A stretch of DNA of 64,000 nucleotides from Nitrospirota bacterium. GTDB taxonomy: Bacteria; Nitrospinota; Nitrospinia; Nitrospinales; VA-1. The notes beneath the pieces were generated by a model. It was not told where the DNA came from. It searched no databases and was given only the letters and a program-made list of their open reading frames with translations. Made by a program: the position numbers and the translations under genes. This document shows, piece after piece, positions 8,543-17,302 of this stretch (position 1 is its first letter; each line of letters starts with the position of its first letter). Location: positions 5,694 to 69,693 of the forward strand of contig QJZQ01000173.1 in assembly GCA_003246675.1 (NCBI GenBank), read 5' to 3'.

Positions 8543-11163
8543 TTCGAATTCCTTTTCCTTGCGTGGTTATCCAATACGGCCTTCTGTTGTTTTTCGACCC
8601 GGTCAAGGCGGTCGCGCAGCGCCTTGTTTTCCTGGCTGACCTCGTCGAGTTCGGAGCGGAGTTCCCCCATCTCCTTCGGCTTGCGTGCCGACTCAAAAAG
8701 GGAGGCCACGGTTTCCTCGGCCTGCCGGCTCAGGCGGCCGTCTGTTTCATTGGCGGCCAGGTGCCGAAGCACGGGCACCGCCGCCAGATCGTCGAGCATC
8801 TTGAGGGACTGGATGGCCCCCAGCTTGCCGCGGAACACCGCCGCGGGTGTTCCCCGGGTTTCCCGCGCGAACCGGCGGAAATGCTCCATCGCCTCGCCCC
8901 GGCGCGCCTCGAAACGGCGCGCCAGCCTGGCCAGCGCCCGCATCGCCGCTCCCCGGCTGTTTTTCCTCGCACCGTATTCCGCGCCGCGAATCAGAATCTC
9001 CCAGGAGTTTTCATCCTCCAGTTCGGCCAGGGCGTTGTAGATGGCCGACTGCGCCATGTGGTTGTGCGACGGCCGCTCCAGCGCCGTCTCCAGAAACGGC
9101 CGCGAGGCGGCGTCCTTGATCCGCCCCAGGCTGGCCAGCGCCGCGGCCTCGACCCGGTACGACGCATCGCCCGAAGCCATTTTACGCAGCGCGCGGGCCA
9201 CCTTGTCATCGTGCAGAAACCCGCCCAGCGCGCGCACGATGCCGTGGCGGATTTTTGGATGGGTGGAAGACAGGTTCTTAAGCAGAATGTCGCGCGCCTG
9301 CTCCCCGCCGATTTTCCCCAGCGCCCCGGCGATTCGCCCCGCCACCCCCCACTCGCTTTCCTTCCTTAAAGCCTGGCCGAGCACATCGATATCCTGCGAC
9401 GACGGCTTTTTCACCAGATGGGCCGCCGCTTCGATGCGGCCGATGGGGTCGCTATCGCGTTTCAATTGCCTGTGCAGCATGGGCCTCGGCACCTCGAGCG
9501 TCACCTTCTTCGCCGGGCATTCATAGTCCGGGTCCAGCCGGAAGAACGACGGTTTCGATTTCAGCTTGAAGCAGAATTTTTCTTCCTTCTCGCGGATGTC
9601 GACGTGGAAGCGCTCCTCCCCTCGGGCAAAGTAGAATGCCAGCGTGAAGCGCAGGTGGAACAACAGCTCCTCCTTTTCACTCTCGCCTTTCTGCGTTTGC
9701 TTGACGGACACCGTCGCCATGCGCGTGGCCTCGTCCCAGGAAAAACCCAACTGAAGTTCAGGGTAGCCGCCGCGGTGAATCCACTCTTCCATCCACCGGT
9801 CGAAATTGCGCCCGGTGACCTCCTCCAGGGAGCGCACCCAGTCGACGGTTTCCACCAGGCCGTACTGGTGCCGGTGCAGATAAACCTTGAGCGCCTGGCG
9901 GAAATACTCTTCGCCGGCCACGGCGCGCAAATGGTGCAGGCGGACGGCGCCGCCGGGGTAGAGGTGGGCGTCGAACAGGTCGATGGGTTCCTTGTAGACC
10001 CGGGTCACGATGGGCCGGCGGTAGCGCGTATCCTCGCTGAAATAGGTTTCGGCGTCCTCCAGAAGCTGATAGCGGAACTCCGCCTCGCCCCTGGATTCAC
10101 GCGTGTACAGGGCGTCAAAATACGTCGCGAACGATTCGTGCAGCCACGCGTGCGACCAGTGCTTGGCGGTGACCACGTTGCCGAACCAGGTGTGGGCGGC
10201 TTCGTGCGCCACCAGGCCGTTGGCGTCGATATCGAGCGCCGCGCGCTCGTCGAGCAGGACGAGGTCGGTCTGCGTGGTCACGGTGAAATTTTCCATGCCG
10301 CCGAAAATGAACTCGGGAACCGCGATCTGCGTGTAATGCGGATAAGGATAGGCAAAGCCGGTGTAGTCGGAAAAGAACCGCAGCATTTTGCCGGTGTCCT
10401 TGAACGCGCGGAGCCCTTCGGGCTCCCGCCCCTTTTCGACGTACCATTTGATCTCGACGCCGCCCTCCCGCGCCCGGTGCTCGGCAAACTCCCCCGCGAC
10501 GATGGACAGCAGGTAAGTCGAATAGGGCAGTTCCATCTTGTAATGAAACCGGGACCCGGCGCGGGTGGTTTTGTGGCTCACCCGCTTGCCGTTGGACAGG
10601 CCGAACATCCCCGCGGGCAGCCGCAGGACCACTTCGCTCGTCTGCTTGAAGTTCGGCTGATCGAAACAGGGGAAATAATAGCGCGAGTCTTCGTCCTGCC
10701 CTTGCGTCCAGACGGTTCGGAAACGGTCGGGATAGTGCTCGTCGGGTTTGGTAAAATAGATCCCGGCGGCCGGCCGCGTCACCGAATGATCGATGCGCAC
10801 CGCCACCCGCGCGCCCGCCTTGAGGCGCGTTTTCGGAAACAGGACGAGGCGCTCGCCGGTGTTTTCAAAGGCCACGGAATGACCGCCCACAAACACGCGC
10901 TGCACATCCAGGTTCACCGCGTCGAGGCTTATTTCCCGCACCTCCGCCCCCAGGACCCGGAGCTGGTAGGTGGTGGAGCCGTAAACGCGCTCCTCCTCCC
11001 AATCGAACGCGAGGTCGAGCTTCAGGTGAACCGGCTGCACGGGGGTGTCCGGCGCGTAATGCGGCCTCGCCCCCTTGTGGGCGAAGGCCCTGCGGTCGAG
11101 AACCGCCCAATGGTCGGATTCGAGGCCGCTCGAATGGCATTTGCAATAACGGGTGGATTTCAT
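8539..11163 (-). CDS. M1-family zinc aminopeptidase with C-terminal HEAT-like repeats and coiled-coil tail
   Basis: 874-aa ORF with the GGMENFT exopeptidase motif and the HEAAHTWFGN...WLHESFATY (HExxH-x18-E) zinc site. The C-terminal ~300 aa contain HEAT-like repeats (HPKIRHGIVRALGG, YRVEAAALASLGRI), then a heptad-like segment (EMGELRSELDEVSQENKALRDRLDRVEKQQK). Confidence 0.85.
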   Translation of the reverse strand: MKSTRYCKCHSSGLESDHWAVLDRRAFAHKGARPHYAPDTPVQPVHLKLDLAFDWEEERVYGSTTYQLRVLGAEVREISLDAVNLDVQRVFVGGHSVAFENTGERLVLFPKTRLKAGARVAVRIDHSVTRPAAGIYFTKPDEHYPDRFRTVWTQGQDEDSRYYFPCFDQPNFKQTSEVVLRLPAGMFGLSNGKRVSHKTTRAGSRFHYKMELPYSTYLLSIVAGEFAEHRAREGGVEIKWYVEKGREPEGLRAFKDTGKMLRFFSDYTGFAYPYPHYTQIAVPEFIFGGMENFTVTTQTDLVLLDERAALDIDANGLVAHEAAHTWFGNVVTAKHWSHAWLHESFATYFDALYTRESRGEAEFRYQLLEDAETYFSEDTRYRRPIVTRVYKEPIDLFDAHLYPGGAVRLHHLRAVAGEEYFRQALKVYLHRHQYGLVETVDWVRSLEEVTGRNFDRWMEEWIHRGGYPELQLGFSWDEATRMATVSVKQTQKGESEKEELLFHLRFTLAFYFARGEERFHVDIREKEEKFCFKLKSKPSFFRLDPDYECPAKKVTLEVPRPMLHRQLKRDSDPIGRIEAAAHLVKKPSSQDIDVLGQALRKESEWGVAGRIAGALGKIGGEQARDILLKNLSSTHPKIRHGIVRALGGFLHDDKVARALRKMASGDASYRVEAAALASLGRIKDAASRPFLETALERPSHNHMAQSAIYNALAELEDENSWEILIRGAEYGARKNSRGAAMRALARLARRFEARRGEAMEHFRRFARETRGTPAAVFRGKLGAIQSLKMLDDLAAVPVLRHLAANETDGRLSRQAEETVASLFESARKPKEMGELRSELDEVSQENKALRDRLDRVEKQQKAVLDNHARKRNSK

Positions 11164-11273
11164 AGAGAATAGAGGCTTCCCTCGTGTTGAACTGACGCCA
11201 GGCGGGAAAGCAGGGAATCATTGTATAAGCCCCGGACGGGTTGTCAACCGGCAAAACGGGGAGAGGAAAACCC

Positions 11274-12188
11274 ATGCAGGAAAAAACACAGTCGCCCTAC
11301 AGCCCCGAGGTCCTGTCCCGCATCGCCTCGCTCAAGATCCGCGCCCTCAACCTGGTGGAGGGCCTGCTGTCCGGCCAGCACCGCAGCCGCCACAAGGGCT
11401 CCAGCGTCGAGTTCGCCGAATACAAGGATTACACGCCCGGCGACGAGATCCGCCACATCGACTGGAAGGTGGTGGGCAAAACCGATAAATACCACGTCAA
11501 GCAGTTCGAGCAGTCGACCAACCTGAAGGCCACCATCCTGCTCGATGCCAGCGGCTCGATGGGCTATGTGTCGCCCGAGCCTGGCGGCCGGCCATCGAAA
11601 ATGGATTACGCGAGAACGCTGGCCGCCTCCCTGTCCTGCCTGCTGCTCAAGCAGTTCGACGCCGTGGGCCTCACCGTGTTCAACGACCGGGTGGTGAACC
11701 ACATTCCCCCCCGGTCCAAGGCGTCGCACCTCCAGCACATCCTGCACGGTCTCGCCGCCATCGAACCTGCGGGCGTCACCCGCCTGGGCGATGTCATCGG
11801 CGGCCTGGTCGAACGCCTGCCCAGCCGCGGCCTGCTGATCCTGGTTTCCGACCTGTTCTCCGCGCACGACGAGGACCTGGAAAAACATCTCAAGCTGCTT
11901 TGCTCGCGCGGCCTGGAAGTGATTCTGTTTCACCTCCTCGATCCCGATGAAATCACCCTCCCCTTCGACGGCGACATTCTGTTCGAGTCCCTGGAAGACG
12001 ACCCCCCGGTGGGTGTGGACCCGGAGGACATCCGCGAGGAATATCAAAAACTCCTGATGCGGCAGATCGAAACCTGGAAGCGGGACATGCCGGGCCTGGG
12101 TGTCGACTACGTGTTCCTTGAAACCACCACCCCGCTGGAGCAGGGGCTCTCGTATTACCTGCTCAAGAGAAACAGCCTGATCAAATGA
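11274..12188 (+). CDS. DUF58 domain protein (class usually associated with MoxR/vWA systems)
   Basis: ATG at 11274 is preceded by GGGGAGAGG. It carries the hallmark HKGSSVEFAEYKDYTPGDEIRHIDWKV and a vWA-like ILLDASGSM segment. Confidence 0.85.
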   Translation: MQEKTQSPYSPEVLSRIASLKIRALNLVEGLLSGQHRSRHKGSSVEFAEYKDYTPGDEIRHIDWKVVGKTDKYHVKQFEQSTNLKATILLDASGSMGYVSPEPGGRPSKMDYARTLAASLSCLLLKQFDAVGLTVFNDRVVNHIPPRSKASHLQHILHGLAAIEPAGVTRLGDVIGGLVERLPSRGLLILVSDLFSAHDEDLEKHLKLLCSRGLEVILFHLLDPDEITLPFDGDILFESLEDDPPVGVDPEDIREEYQKLLMRQIETWKRDMPGLGVDYVFLETTTPLEQGLSYYLLKRNSLIK

Positions 12189-12201
12189 CGCGGACCCTCT
12201 C

Positions 12202-14346
12202 ATGAGCCTCAACTTTCTATCGCCGGTCTATCTTTTCGGGCTGCTCGGCCTCGCCGTTCCGGTGCTGATCCACCTCCTCACCCGGCGGCAGCAAAAGAAG
12301 ATCCGGTTTTCCGCCGTGCACCTCCTGCTGCAATCGCAGAAGCGCTCGGTCCGGCGCTCGGCCCCCAACCGGCTGCTTCTGCTCCTGGTGCGCTGCCTGG
12401 CCGTCGCCCTGCTCAGCCTGGCGCTGGCGAGCCCGATTTTTTCCCTGAGCGGCGACGACGACCTCCTCGGAGCCGGGCCACGGGCGGTGGCGTTCGTCCT
12501 GGACGATTCCTACAGCATGTCCTGGCAGGCGGGAGAGGGCACGGTGTTTCAGCGTGCCGTGGAGACGCTCCTTGGCGAAGTGGCCGCCCTGCCCGGCGGC
12601 AGCGCCTACAGCATCGTCCTGGCTTCATCGCCGGCAAGAGTGCTTCTCGACTGGACGGGAGACAAGGCGCAGGCGGAGAAGCTGCTGAAATCGGCGGGCG
12701 CCAGCCACCGCGCCACCCGAATCGACGAAGCCCTCGCAAAAGCCGTGGGCCTCCTCGAAGCCGCGCCGCTCAAAAAGCGCCGCCTCCACCTTCTGAGCGA
12801 CATGGATCAGAACGGCTGGACGGGAGAACAGTTCCCCGAAGCCATGGATCGCATTCCCGCGCGGGTGAAGCTCATCGACTTTTCCGGCTTGCGGACGGGC
12901 GGGAACCGGGCGGCCGTGTCCGCGGTGGAGGTGAGCCAGGAGTTTCTCACCCACAGCCGCGTGGTGCGGGTGAAAGCCCGGGTGGTCAACCTGGCGGACA
13001 ACGAGCCGATCTCCCGCCTGCCCATCCAGCTTTGGACGGGGAAAAAGAAGCAGGCCGAAGGTTTCATCGACCTGGCGCCGGGCGGCGAGGCGGAAAAAAC
13101 ATTTTCGTTTCCCCTGGAGGGCAGCGAACCCATCGATGGGCGAGTCACCCTTCAAGCCGACAGCCTGACGGCCGACAACGCCCGTTTTTTCACTTTTCAG
13201 CCGGATCAGAACATCCGCGTTCTCGTGGTCGATGGCGACCCGAAAACCGTGGCGCACCAGAGCGAAACGTTTTACCTTGAAACCGCCCTGAACCCTTTCT
13301 CCGTCTCGCTGTCGAATATCGACCCCACCGTCTCCACCCTTTCCGAGCTGGCGGACCGCAACCTGTTCGATTATTCCGTGATCCTCCTCTGCAATGTTCG
13401 CGAATTTCCGGTGGGCTACGAGCTGGAGCTGGAAAAATTCGTCATGCAGGGGGGCGCTCTGTTCATCAGCCTGGGCGACCAGGTCGCCCCGAAATACTAT
13501 AACGAACGGCTGGGCAACCTGCTGCCGGTGACCCTCGACGCGCTGCAACAAACCGGCGGCGGCGACGAACCGTTCCACCTGAACCTTGCCGGCAACGCGC
13601 ACCCGGTGCTCGCCATCTTCACGAAAAAGGAAATCGGGGAAATGGAGGACATCCGCTTCCACTCCCTGTACACGGTTTCACCTCGGGAGGGCGCGGCCAT
13701 GGAAACCGCCATGCGCTTCAAGAACGGTTTCCCCGCCGTCATCGAATCGTCCCTCGGCCGGGGAAAAGTCATCCTCTACCCGACAAGCATCGACCGCGAC
13801 TGGAACGGCTTCCCCATCCAGCCCACCTTTTTGCCCTGGGTCCAGCGCTGGATCAAGTATTCGGCCCGCAGCCTGGAAAGCCTGCTCAGGCAGGATCTCC
13901 TGGTCGGCGCGCCTTTCCAATGGAGTGAAGATAGCTCCTGGGTGCAAACCCCCGGCGGCCGCCTGCATCCATTGAGCCCGGAAAATGACGGGTTCACTTT
14001 TCAGGAAACCCATGCCCCCGGCGTTTACCGCCTGTATCGCGTGACGGAGGAAAAGGAAGCCCAGGCGCTCGCGGCGCAGGCCGCCAAGCGGCCCGTTCTG
14101 CAACTGCCCGCGGCCGCCCGGCCCCGTGGCGCGTTCACCGTCAATGTCGATCTCAGGGAATCCGCACCGGGGAAAATAGATCCTGAAGACCTGAAGGAGC
14201 GCTTTCCGGGATTTTCCTTCGAGTGGACCTCGCCGGAAGACAGCGAACGCGGGGCGCAGGCTCAGGGCTTCCCGCTGGCTACGCCGCTCTTGCTCCTGAT
14301 GGCGGGTTTTCTGCTGTTCGAAGGCTGGATGGTGCGGCGGGAATAA
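12202..14346 (+). CDS. BatA-N (aerotolerance-regulator N-terminal double-TM) / vWA domain membrane protein
   Basis: The N-terminus FLSPVYLFGLLGLAVPVLIHLLTRR is the BatA_N-type motif. A MIDAS-like VLDDSYSMS is present. The central region resembles a GATase1-like fold (IRVLVVDGD...VILLCNV...GGALFISLGD). A C-terminal TM anchor follows. Starts 13 nt after the DUF58 stop. Confidence 0.75.
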   Translation: MSLNFLSPVYLFGLLGLAVPVLIHLLTRRQQKKIRFSAVHLLLQSQKRSVRRSAPNRLLLLLVRCLAVALLSLALASPIFSLSGDDDLLGAGPRAVAFVLDDSYSMSWQAGEGTVFQRAVETLLGEVAALPGGSAYSIVLASSPARVLLDWTGDKAQAEKLLKSAGASHRATRIDEALAKAVGLLEAAPLKKRRLHLLSDMDQNGWTGEQFPEAMDRIPARVKLIDFSGLRTGGNRAAVSAVEVSQEFLTHSRVVRVKARVVNLADNEPISRLPIQLWTGKKKQAEGFIDLAPGGEAEKTFSFPLEGSEPIDGRVTLQADSLTADNARFFTFQPDQNIRVLVVDGDPKTVAHQSETFYLETALNPFSVSLSNIDPTVSTLSELADRNLFDYSVILLCNVREFPVGYELELEKFVMQGGALFISLGDQVAPKYYNERLGNLLPVTLDALQQTGGGDEPFHLNLAGNAHPVLAIFTKKEIGEMEDIRFHSLYTVSPREGAAMETAMRFKNGFPAVIESSLGRGKVILYPTSIDRDWNGFPIQPTFLPWVQRWIKYSARSLESLLRQDLLVGAPFQWSEDSSWVQTPGGRLHPLSPENDGFTFQETHAPGVYRLYRVTEEKEAQALAAQAAKRPVLQLPAAARPRGAFTVNVDLRESAPGKIDPEDLKERFPGFSFEWTSPEDSERGAQAQGFPLATPLLLLMAGFLLFEGWMVRRE

Positions 14347-14442
14347 CCCCTCCTCTTTAAGGGCGGGAGTTTTCAAAGGTCACTCTCCTTCCCAGGGAGG
14401 GGGCGGGGCGGCGCGATTCACCCTGCGGGGGTATCCCCCATC

Positions 14443-14451
14443 TGCTATAAT
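14443..14451 (+). promoter_or_regulatory. extended -10 promoter element (TGCTATAAT) upstream of the TGase-TPR-FGE gene
   Basis: TGnTATAAT at 14443-14451, 36 nt before ATG 14488. No good -35 is present. A GGGGG-TAT-CCCCC palindrome lies just upstream. Confidence 0.4.
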
Positions 14452-14487
14452 ACCGGCAAGCAATTTCATCCTGAAAAAACGTGCCCT

Positions 14488-17025
14488 ATGAACAACCTGC
14501 GCACCGTCCTTCTTTTATTTTGCCTCTTTTTCCTGGCCGTGCCGGGCCATTCGCACGCCACGGCCGGGACGATGGCTGACCTTTCGGCGAAAGATCGGCT
14601 GGAGGCCGTGGTCACCGCTCCCGAAACCGCCATCGACCTGGCTGAAACTCTTCTGCTCATCTCCAGGCAATGGGATCCATCGCTCGACCTGGAACCGCTC
14701 CGGGAAAAAATCGACCGCCTCACCGGCCGCGTCCGGCAGCAACTTGAACCCGGGGCCGGCGCGGAGGAAACCGCCCGAACCCTGGCCCGGGTGATTCACC
14801 GGGAGGAAGGCTACCGCTACACCGATGAGGTCGATGCCGAGGGCATTCCCCGCGAAACCTCGGAACTTTTTCTTCACGGTCTGCTCACCCGGCAGCGGGG
14901 CTACTGCATGAACCTGTCGCTGCTTTATCTCATTGTCGGCGAGCGTCTGGGTCTGCCGCTTTTCGGCGTGGCGTTGCCGAACCATTTCTTCGTGCGTTAC
15001 GAATCGCCGGGCGGAAAAATCAATATCGAAGCCACCGAGGGCGGCGCCGCCCACCCCGACGGATTCTACCGCCAGCGCTTCGATGTCCCCCCGGCGGATA
15101 GCTTTTTCATGCGCAATCTGAGCAAAAGGGAAACCCTGGGGGCCTACTTTTCCAACGTGGGCATGGCCCACTACAAGAACCGCCAGCCCGACGACGCTAT
15201 TTTCTATCTTGATCTCGCGACCCGCATCAACAGCGAATCTCTCGAAGCGCACAACAACCTCGGCAACATCTATTCCGAACAACAGCGTCCAGACGCGGCC
15301 ATCCGCCACTATCGGACGGCGCTGAAAGCCTGGCCCAGCCATGTGCCGACGCTTTACAACCTCGGCCTGGCTTATCGCCAGGCGAACAAGCCGGAACAGG
15401 CGGCCGACGCGTGGCTGCAAATCATCACCCTCGACCGCAGCTTCATCCCGGCCCACCAATCGCTGGTCAACCTGTTCATGGAAAACAGGCGTCCCTACGG
15501 CGCCCTGTTGCACCTCAAGCATCTCACCCGGCTCGACCCGGGGAACCTTGAGGTGGAGATGGGTACCGCCACCGTCTACCTCGGGCTCGGCCATGCCGGC
15601 CTCGCCGGGGAAATTCTCGACCGGCTCCGCCAGCGCCATCCGGACCACCCGCGCATCACCGAGGCGCTGGCCGAAGCCCGCTATCGCGAAGGGCGCTACG
15701 ACGAAGCCATCCACCTCTACCGCGACCTGCTCGAAGCAGAGCCCGGCAACCTGAAAGCCTATGTCCAACTGGGATGGACGTATTACCGCAACGGCATGGT
15801 GCGGGAGGCCATCGCCTGGACCCGGCGCGGCCTGAACGTCGCCGGAGGGTCGCCAAACGGGCCGCCCCTCGCCGAAATGAACCTCGGCCTCTACCATGTG
15901 CTGACGGAAACATGGGACTTGGCGAAGAGCTGGTATCAAAAAGCCCTGTCGCACTCCTCGCCCGGCATCGCCGCAGGCCTGATCGCCGACCTCGACGAAG
16001 CCCTCGCCGACTCTCCGGAACGCGCGGAGCTGGAATTTTTCAAAGGCTGGATTTACGGCCGCACGGGGCAAGAGAGCCAGGCCGCGGAGCACCTCGAACG
16101 CTATCTTCAACAGAGGCCCGGGGGCGAACTGGCCGACGAAGCCCGCCGCCTGATGGACTCCTCCCCCCGGAACGAGAGCCCCCCCGGCGCGCCCGGTGGC
16201 GTCACCGCCATTTCATCTCCCGAGGTTGAAGGCATGATCACGGTGCCTGCGGGTTATTTCTTCATGGGGGCCAACGGGCGCGGGGCCGATGAAATTCCCG
16301 AGCACCGGGTTTATCTCGATGAATACCTGATCGACCGCTACGAAGTTTCGGCGGCCGACTACGCCGCCTTCCTGAACGCGGTGAACAACGTGAAGGGCTA
16401 CTACCTCGACAACAAGTACGGCCCCCTCTTCTACGACGGGCGTTTTCACCCCCGCCCCGGCCTCGAAGCGCACCCGGTCAACAACGTCAACTGGTACGGC
16501 GCGTTCGCCTACTGCCAGTGGAAGGGCAAGCGCCTGCCCACCGAGGCCGAGTGGGAAAAGGCGGCGCGCGGCACCGACCGCAGGCTCTACCCCTGGGGCG
16601 ACGAGCGGCCAACGCCCCAGCAGGCGCGCTTCAACCAGACCTGGACCGAAGAGCTTGCGCACGGCGTCATGCTTCCCGTCGATTCCTTGCCCCAGGGGCG
16701 CAGCCCCTACGGAGCCCACCACATGGCGGGCAATGTCAAAGAATGGGTGGACGACTGGTACGATCGCGAGTATTATGGGGACCCATCCAATCACACCAAC
16801 CCGGCGGGGCCCATCGGCGGAGAGTTCAAGGGGGTGCGCGGCGGCTCGTGGAGAGATTTGGCTGGCTACATTTACACATCGTTCCGGAACAACAGCTACC
16901 CCGAAAGCCGGTTGGACGATTACGGTTTTCGTTGCGCTAAAGACACGGCACCCAAGGCGAGCCCGCAAAAAGGCGCGGACCGGGAGACCCGGGCGGGCGT
17001 GGTGATTCCGGTGGAAGGAAACTGA
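14488..17025 (+). CDS. secreted fusion protein: SirB1-like transglutaminase-fold domain + TPR repeats + formylglycine-generating-enzyme (FGE/SUMF1) domain
   Basis: Signal peptide MNNLRTVLLLFCLFFLAVPGHSHA. TGase-like core: RQRGYCMNLSLLYLIVGERLGLPLFGVALPNHFFVRY. Multiple TPRs follow (AHNNLGNIYSEQQRPDAAIRHYRTALKAWP...). C-terminal FGE-sulfatase domain: GYFFMGANG...HRVYLDEYLIDRYEVS...HPVNNVNWYGAFAYCQWKGKRLPTEAEWEKAARG...RGGSWRD. Confidence 0.8.
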   Translation: MNNLRTVLLLFCLFFLAVPGHSHATAGTMADLSAKDRLEAVVTAPETAIDLAETLLLISRQWDPSLDLEPLREKIDRLTGRVRQQLEPGAGAEETARTLARVIHREEGYRYTDEVDAEGIPRETSELFLHGLLTRQRGYCMNLSLLYLIVGERLGLPLFGVALPNHFFVRYESPGGKINIEATEGGAAHPDGFYRQRFDVPPADSFFMRNLSKRETLGAYFSNVGMAHYKNRQPDDAIFYLDLATRINSESLEAHNNLGNIYSEQQRPDAAIRHYRTALKAWPSHVPTLYNLGLAYRQANKPEQAADAWLQIITLDRSFIPAHQSLVNLFMENRRPYGALLHLKHLTRLDPGNLEVEMGTATVYLGLGHAGLAGEILDRLRQRHPDHPRITEALAEARYREGRYDEAIHLYRDLLEAEPGNLKAYVQLGWTYYRNGMVREAIAWTRRGLNVAGGSPNGPPLAEMNLGLYHVLTETWDLAKSWYQKALSHSSPGIAAGLIADLDEALADSPERAELEFFKGWIYGRTGQESQAAEHLERYLQQRPGGELADEARRLMDSSPRNESPPGAPGGVTAISSPEVEGMITVPAGYFFMGANGRGADEIPEHRVYLDEYLIDRYEVSAADYAAFLNAVNNVKGYYLDNKYGPLFYDGRFHPRPGLEAHPVNNVNWYGAFAYCQWKGKRLPTEAEWEKAARGTDRRLYPWGDERPTPQQARFNQTWTEELAHGVMLPVDSLPQGRSPYGAHHMAGNVKEWVDDWYDREYYGDPSNHTNPAGPIGGEFKGVRGGSWRDLAGYIYTSFRNNSYPESRLDDYGFRCAKDTAPKASPQKGADRETRAGVVIPVEGN

Positions 17026-17032
17026 TCAGTCT

Positions 17033-17302
17033 ATGATAGGCGCTATAGAACTCTTGATGATCGCGATCATCTTCGGCATCATTTATGGCCGCGATGCCAT
17101 CGACAAAACCTTCAAGAAACGCCCCGATGAAGGGGTGGTCGAAAGCTTCGCCGACGACATCAAGGAATACTACCACGAGGACCCCAAGCGCCTGGTCAAG
17201 CTGATCGTCTTCTTTGTTTCAATTGTCGCCTTCCTGGGCGTTCTGACTTACTGGGTGTTCACCCGCTACAACGTGGGCAGGATTCTCGGCCTCGATCAAT
17301 AG
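17033..17302 (+). CDS. small two-TM membrane protein, N-terminus TatA-like
   Basis: 89-aa ORF starting 7 nt after the previous stop. It has two hydrophobic helices. The N-terminus MIGAIELLMIAIIFGIIYGRDAIDKTFKK resembles a TatA/E helix-hinge, but with YG instead of FG and a short amphipathic part. Confidence 0.45.
   Translation: MIGAIELLMIAIIFGIIYGRDAIDKTFKKRPDEGVVESFADDIKEYYHEDPKRLVKLIVFFVSIVAFLGVLTYWVFTRYNVGRILGLDQ

Noticed and set aside
17033-17302. Calling the 89-aa membrane protein a bona fide TatA.
   Set aside because: It lacks the FG hinge and the full amphipathic helix, has an extra C-terminal TM helix, and no tatB/tatC is nearby. It is reported only as a resemblance.
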